DNA from: an uncultured Acidobacteriota bacterium
GTDB taxonomy: Bacteria; Acidobacteriota; UBA6911; RPQK01; JAJDTT01
Length of the DNA: 64,000 bases
Assembly: GCA_951812665.1 (NCBI GenBank)
Contig: CATOST010000027.1
Coordinates: forward strand, 2,117-66,116
Reading direction: 5' to 3'
In this document: positions 60,379 to 64,000 of the stretch, in pieces
Layout of the letters: every line of letters begins with the position of its first letter
How positions within the stretch are numbered: the stretch's first letter is position 1
Notes under the pieces: generated by a model
Database searches by the model: none
The model's input: the letters and a program-made list of their open reading frames with translations, nothing else
What the model was told of the DNA's origin: nothing
Program-made: the position numbers and the translations under genes

Positions 60379-61791
60379 TCACGTGCGGGTTGCACGTTCG
60401 CCGTTCTCCGGGACGTCGATGACGAGGAGGGTCAGGTCGTCGTCGAGAGCGAGCCTCGGCTTGCGGGTCCATCCGATCAGTTGCCGAAGGGTGTAGTCGG
60501 CGAATTCAGCCGTCGTGGTGTTGGAGTGCTCGGCGAGTATGTCGAGCAGGCGTTCCGCCGAGAATTGCTCTCCGTTCGGCGCTTCAGCCTCAGTGACGCC
60601 GTCGCTGTAGATGACGACTCGATCGCCGGAAGTCAGTGGGATTGACGCCGTGTCGTAGCTTTGAGCCGGCAAGACCCCAAGAGCGATGCCGTTGATGTCG
60701 ATCTCGTTGCTGATCTTCCGAGCAGGCGAATAAATCAGAGGTGGAGGATGCCCGGCGCAGGCGACTCGCAACTCCCGTGCCTCGAGGTCGAAGTAGGCAT
60801 AGGTCACAGTGACGAAGTGGTCGTCCGTCTGATCGTAGAGTGCGTCGTTCATCCCGGCCAGGACTCGGGAGGGTTCCGCCACGGCGTGGGACTGAGATGC
60901 GGAGGCGGTCTTGACCATGGTGGCGATCAGCGCGGCCGGAATGCCGTGGCCGGTGACGTCGGCGACCATGATGCCGAACCGGTGGTCGTCGATGGGAATG
61001 AAGTCGTAGAAGTCGCCGCCGACGGCGTCCATAGGGATGTACCGGACGCTCAACATCTCGGGCTCGATGCTTGGGCCTTTTCGGGGGAGGAGGGAATGTT
61101 GAATCTGCCGCGCGGTATGGAGCTCGGACTCGATCGTGGCGAGGCGCTTTTCATTGTTGAGGGCTCGGTGCAACAACGTGTAGCAGATGGCGGCGGCAAG
61201 CACGAAATTTCCGATAGCACCGAACAAGACGGTCCATGGGAGCCAGCCGAGACGTGCGAACACGTCGTGCAGGATGATGACGGAGGCGATGACCATGGCA
61301 ACGTACGCGGGGGCGCTTTCCCGTTCGTATCGGATATGGCCGGTGAAGTAGTTGGCGATGGTGGTGAGGATGTAGATCAGGAGCAGGTTCACATGGTACG
61401 GGAGCATCGATCCCGGTGTTCCATTGTAAAGGTCGACCGTCATGGCGACGATCACGAAGATGATGTGGAACTGCCAGATCCGGCGGAAGCAGTTGAATAC
61501 GCCTTTGGTCCTCCAGAACACTTCGACGAAGAACCACGCGGCGACTCCTTGGGTGTAGTAAGCCCCGAAGGTGATGTAGTCCCAAACGATGGGGGGGATG
61601 GGTATGGCGCTGCGGACCGCCTCGACCGGGCCCAGAATCCGGATACCGTATAGAAGCCAACAGACTGCGAAGGCGGGTAGCTCGATGCTGCTCCTCGAGC
61701 GTACGGACCCCCAGAGAAGGAACACCGCGATGCCGTTGAAGACCAGGATGGATCCGACCGCGATGTCGAAGATATGCAGGTCTGTCGTCAT
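60379..61791 (-). CDS. membrane-bound PP2C/SpoIIE-family serine phosphatase
   Basis: About 7 N-terminal TM helices. The C-terminal domain reads GGDFYDFIP...MVADVTGHGIPAALI...RVVIYSDGVTEA...DDLTLLVIDV. Confidence 0.85.
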   Translation of the reverse strand: MTTDLHIFDIAVGSILVFNGIAVFLLWGSVRSRSSIELPAFAVCWLLYGIRILGPVEAVRSAIPIPPIVWDYITFGAYYTQGVAAWFFVEVFWRTKGVFNCFRRIWQFHIIFVIVAMTVDLYNGTPGSMLPYHVNLLLIYILTTIANYFTGHIRYERESAPAYVAMVIASVIILHDVFARLGWLPWTVLFGAIGNFVLAAAICYTLLHRALNNEKRLATIESELHTARQIQHSLLPRKGPSIEPEMLSVRYIPMDAVGGDFYDFIPIDDHRFGIMVADVTGHGIPAALIATMVKTASASQSHAVAEPSRVLAGMNDALYDQTDDHFVTVTYAYFDLEARELRVACAGHPPPLIYSPARKISNEIDINGIALGVLPAQSYDTASIPLTSGDRVVIYSDGVTEAEAPNGEQFSAERLLDILAEHSNTTTAEFADYTLRQLIGWTRKPRLALDDDLTLLVIDVPENGERATRT

Positions 61792-61869
61792 GGTGGGGAT
61801 CTGAGTCGTTTGGCCCTCGTATCCGGCCGGTGGAACATAACTATATCTGGGTCCACGGCGGTCTCACAA

Positions 61870-62062
61870 TTGGGAGGGGACATTATTGTCCCCCTGGGAA
61901 CGGCGGCTTTCTTGTCGCCTGCTGGGAGGGGCGACTTTCTTGTCGCCCATTGGGAAGGGCGGTTTTCTTACCGCCTGCTCTTTTGCAGGGGACATTCTCG
62001 TCCCCCCAAGACCCCCCTAATCGGCGCCTGAAAGACGCCGCTCCCGGCGACAAGAAAGTCGC
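61870..62062. repeat. tandem array of 7 REP-like hairpins (~26-34-nt period)
   Basis: There are seven stems. GGGGAC/GTCCCC lies at 61876-61893 and 61988-62005. GGCGGC/GTCGCC lies at 61902-61919. GGGCGAC/GTCGCCC lies at 61929-61948. GGCGGT/ACCGCC lies at 61958-61975. CGGCG/CGCCG lies at 62022-62040. GGCGAC/GTCGC lies at 62046-62062 in inverted orientation. Loops are TTTCTT, ATTATT or ATTCTC. The linkers contain TGGGA(A/G)G. Confidence 0.8.
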
Positions 62063-62085
62063 TCCTATTCGGGCGTGGGTGGAAA

Positions 62086-64000
62086 TCAGTCGCCCTCGGC
62101 GGATGAAAACAAGATCAGGTCGCCGTTCGTTTGTCCCACCGCGAACACCTGAATTCGGTTCGTCTCCTCCCGCAAGGACGATTCGGGGACGATCGCCTGG
62201 AAACGCCGGTCGCCCTTCGGTCCGTCGAAGGTGGAAGCAACCGCCCGGACGGTTCCGTTCACGGCCACTGCCAAGACCTCCGCGTACTTCGTCGAGACTC
62301 GTCCTTCGACGGCGGCCGGAATGAAGTCGGGATCCAGTCTCCGTCTCATCCTCGAAAGGAGGCTTGGCTTGTCCAACTCGATTTGGAGGCCCAGTGACGG
62401 CCTTACGGTAAGTTGATCCAGGCGTTTCCCGATCAGGGCACGGAAGGGGCCGGGCTGGAACAAGCCATCCTCGCCGGCATCCCACGCCAACTGCTGCACA
62501 CGGATCTCGAACTCACTGGGTTCGGAGGTCTCCCTGAGGGTCTCCGGCGTGAGCGACCGTGTGATCAGAAAGGAACGCTGCGAGTTCTGATCCAGGGAGC
62601 AGATCTGATCGGTATCAGCTGACTTGGCTTTATCTGGAATTTCTTCCGACTTGGCGGTCCAGGGGAAACTCGCCGGATATCGGGCCTCGCGGATACGGTC
62701 CCCGAAGGAGGCAAAGCAGCGCACCGTGGGACTCCGTTCGAGGAGTTCCCGGTCGAGTTCAATCAAAAATCCGGAATTCTCCAGTTCTGCGGCCTTGAAG
62801 AATTCCACCACGTCCGGGCGCGGCCGGCGAACCATTCCCCGATGCACCAGTTCGTCATTGACGAACACGAGCATGGCATCGGCCGGTTCCAGGGATTCCA
62901 TGTCTGCCGCCCAGCCGAAAAATACAATCCTGTCGTCGCTCTCGCTCACCTCATCCAAATGGACCCGGGATCCTCGTTGGGTCACATGGAAGGCCCGACC
63001 TTCCAGACAGACCGTCGTTCGCGAACCCAGGAACTCGAAGGGGCGAGCGATGTTCAGGGCGGTGGATGCGAGATCCTGGTTCCCCGGAACCTGGGATTTC
63101 GTGACCGGAATCCCGTCGGTGGGCCATGGAGAGGGAACTCCGAGGATGCCGGCAACGCTGGGGAGGATGTCCGTGGTTCGTGTCGGGCGATCCGACACCC
63201 GGCCCTCTTTCTGACCGGGAGCTTTGATCAACAGCGGCACGTTCAGGATGTTGCTGAAGTTGGTATCCGTCATAGCACGCCGGGACCCGCCGGGCTGAAA
63301 GCTGACCCCGTGGTCCGAGGCGACGACGACCAGGCTCCGGTCGTAAAGATCGTGATTCTTCAGCTTCCGGAGCAGGCGGCCCAGGAGTCGGTCGGCGAAG
63401 CCTACCTGCAGCAGGTGGCGCTGGTATGCCAAAGTCACCAGCGTTTCGTCCCGGGTCCAGATATCTCTCTTGGTGAACAGGCCCATGTCCCCGCCGAATA
63501 GATAGCGCTTTCCCGAAGGGAGGTAGACCCAGGGCAGATGGGGAATCTGAATATGGATGAAATGCAGCCCGGGCTTCCCGGGTTCGGGGATCGATTGCAG
63601 AAATGCCTCGAATTGCCGGACGGGATGACCCAACTGCCAGGTCCAGCCGTAACGAATGTCGGGCAAGCCGGACGTCAGGTCCTCGGGCAGGACGAGATTG
63701 AGATAGATCAGCGAGACATCCACGAGAAGCTGGACCCACTTCTGTAGCTGATCGCGTGTGGACCCTGGAGAGTCGGGGCAGAGATGCGTCGTCGATTCGG
63801 AGATGTTGAGCCGGTGGGAGTTTCGGAGCCAGGTGAAGAGATTGTCCGGATAGTCGGCCATTGCGGGGAGTACGGTCCCGTCGGGCGGCGGAAGATTCCC
63901 GGTCGTCATGGCTGCGACCGCGTATTGGGTGGAAGGCGAAACGGTCGTCGCGTTCCGGAACCAGGTGGCATCTCCGGCCAGTTCGGCAAAATTGGGAAAG
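62086..64000 (-). CDS. sulfatase/alkaline-phosphatase-superfamily protein, 5' end beyond window end
   Basis: The frame stays open upstream of the track ATG to the window edge: FPNFAELAGDATWFRNATTVSPSTQYAVAAMTTGNLP. Later motifs are VVVASDHGVSF and NVPLLIKAPG. Confidence 0.75.
   Translation of the reverse strand, partial: FPNFAELAGDATWFRNATTVSPSTQYAVAAMTTGNLPPPDGTVLPAMADYPDNLFTWLRNSHRLNISESTTHLCPDSPGSTRDQLQKWVQLLVDVSLIYLNLVLPEDLTSGLPDIRYGWTWQLGHPVRQFEAFLQSIPEPGKPGLHFIHIQIPHLPWVYLPSGKRYLFGGDMGLFTKRDIWTRDETLVTLAYQRHLLQVGFADRLLGRLLRKLKNHDLYDRSLVVVASDHGVSFQPGGSRRAMTDTNFSNILNVPLLIKAPGQKEGRVSDRPTRTTDILPSVAGILGVPSPWPTDGIPVTKSQVPGNQDLASTALNIARPFEFLGSRTTVCLEGRAFHVTQRGSRVHLDEVSESDDRIVFFGWAADMESLEPADAMLVFVNDELVHRGMVRRPRPDVVEFFKAAELENSGFLIELDRELLERSPTVRCFASFGDRIREARYPASFPWTAKSEEIPDKAKSADTDQICSLDQNSQRSFLITRSLTPETLRETSEPSEFEIRVQQLAWDAGEDGLFQPGPFRALIGKRLDQLTVRPSLGLQIELDKPSLLSRMRRRLDPDFIPAAVEGRVSTKYAEVLAVAVNGTVRAVASTFDGPKGDRRFQAIVPESSLREETNRIQVFAVGQTNGDLILFSSAEGD

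Noticed and set aside
61870-62062. The regularly spaced hairpin repeats could be mistaken for a mini CRISPR array.
   Set aside because: The linker 'spacers' are only ~8-16 nt and share TGGGA(A/G)G. The repeats are degenerate and of two stem classes, one unit is inverted, and there are no cas genes. A REP/BIME-like array is the better description.

Overview
High-GC bacterial chromosomal segment. The gene content includes a CarboxypepD_reg-type TonB-dependent receptor, three SSF symporters, PIG-L deacetylases, sulfatase/FGE proteins and membrane-anchored PHP-like metallohydrolases. This suggests an Acidobacteriota-like soil or sediment lineage, which is inference only. I support about 45 protein-coding genes. 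I found no rRNA, no convincing tRNA, no CRISPR array, no cas gene and no reverse transcriptase.

Housekeeping blocks:
- A minus-strand cluster with coupled junctions at 7.5-16.0 kb: dinB-like, hexokinase, two PHP-like paralogs, nfi, an unknown 424-aa protein and a TauD-like dioxygenase.
- murB-murA.
- A sugar ABC operon at 49.0-52.5 kb.
- A DASS transporter and a SpoIIE phosphatase.

Accessory material:
- Two overlapping tyrosine recombinases abutting a truncated type I hsdM (1-2.6 kb).
- A nonsense-interrupted AAA ATPase with a truncated coupled partner (5.8-7.5 kb).
- A mobile-element graveyard at 31.7-47.3 kb. It holds a GmrSD-like DUF262/DUF1524 gene split by an IS1380-like element and an FGE-sulfatase gene split by both a low-GC transposase-less cassette (TM + OmpA-like gene) and an IS1182 element. 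It also holds an IS3 element with an unusually structured 3' region and a duplicated SSF gene fragment.
- A previously unannotated ~157-bp MITE with 10-nt terminal inverted repeats and 4-bp target duplications: two full copies and one end fragment.
- A family of GGCGAC/GGGGAC hairpin (REP-like) repeats, including a ~190-bp tandem array.

Caveat: at least 8 frameshifts at homopolymer runs break murB, murA, an SSF gene and an aldo/keto reductase. Indel errors are likely, so broken ORFs should not automatically be read as pseudogenes. All family assignments come from motif recognition by eye, not from searches.
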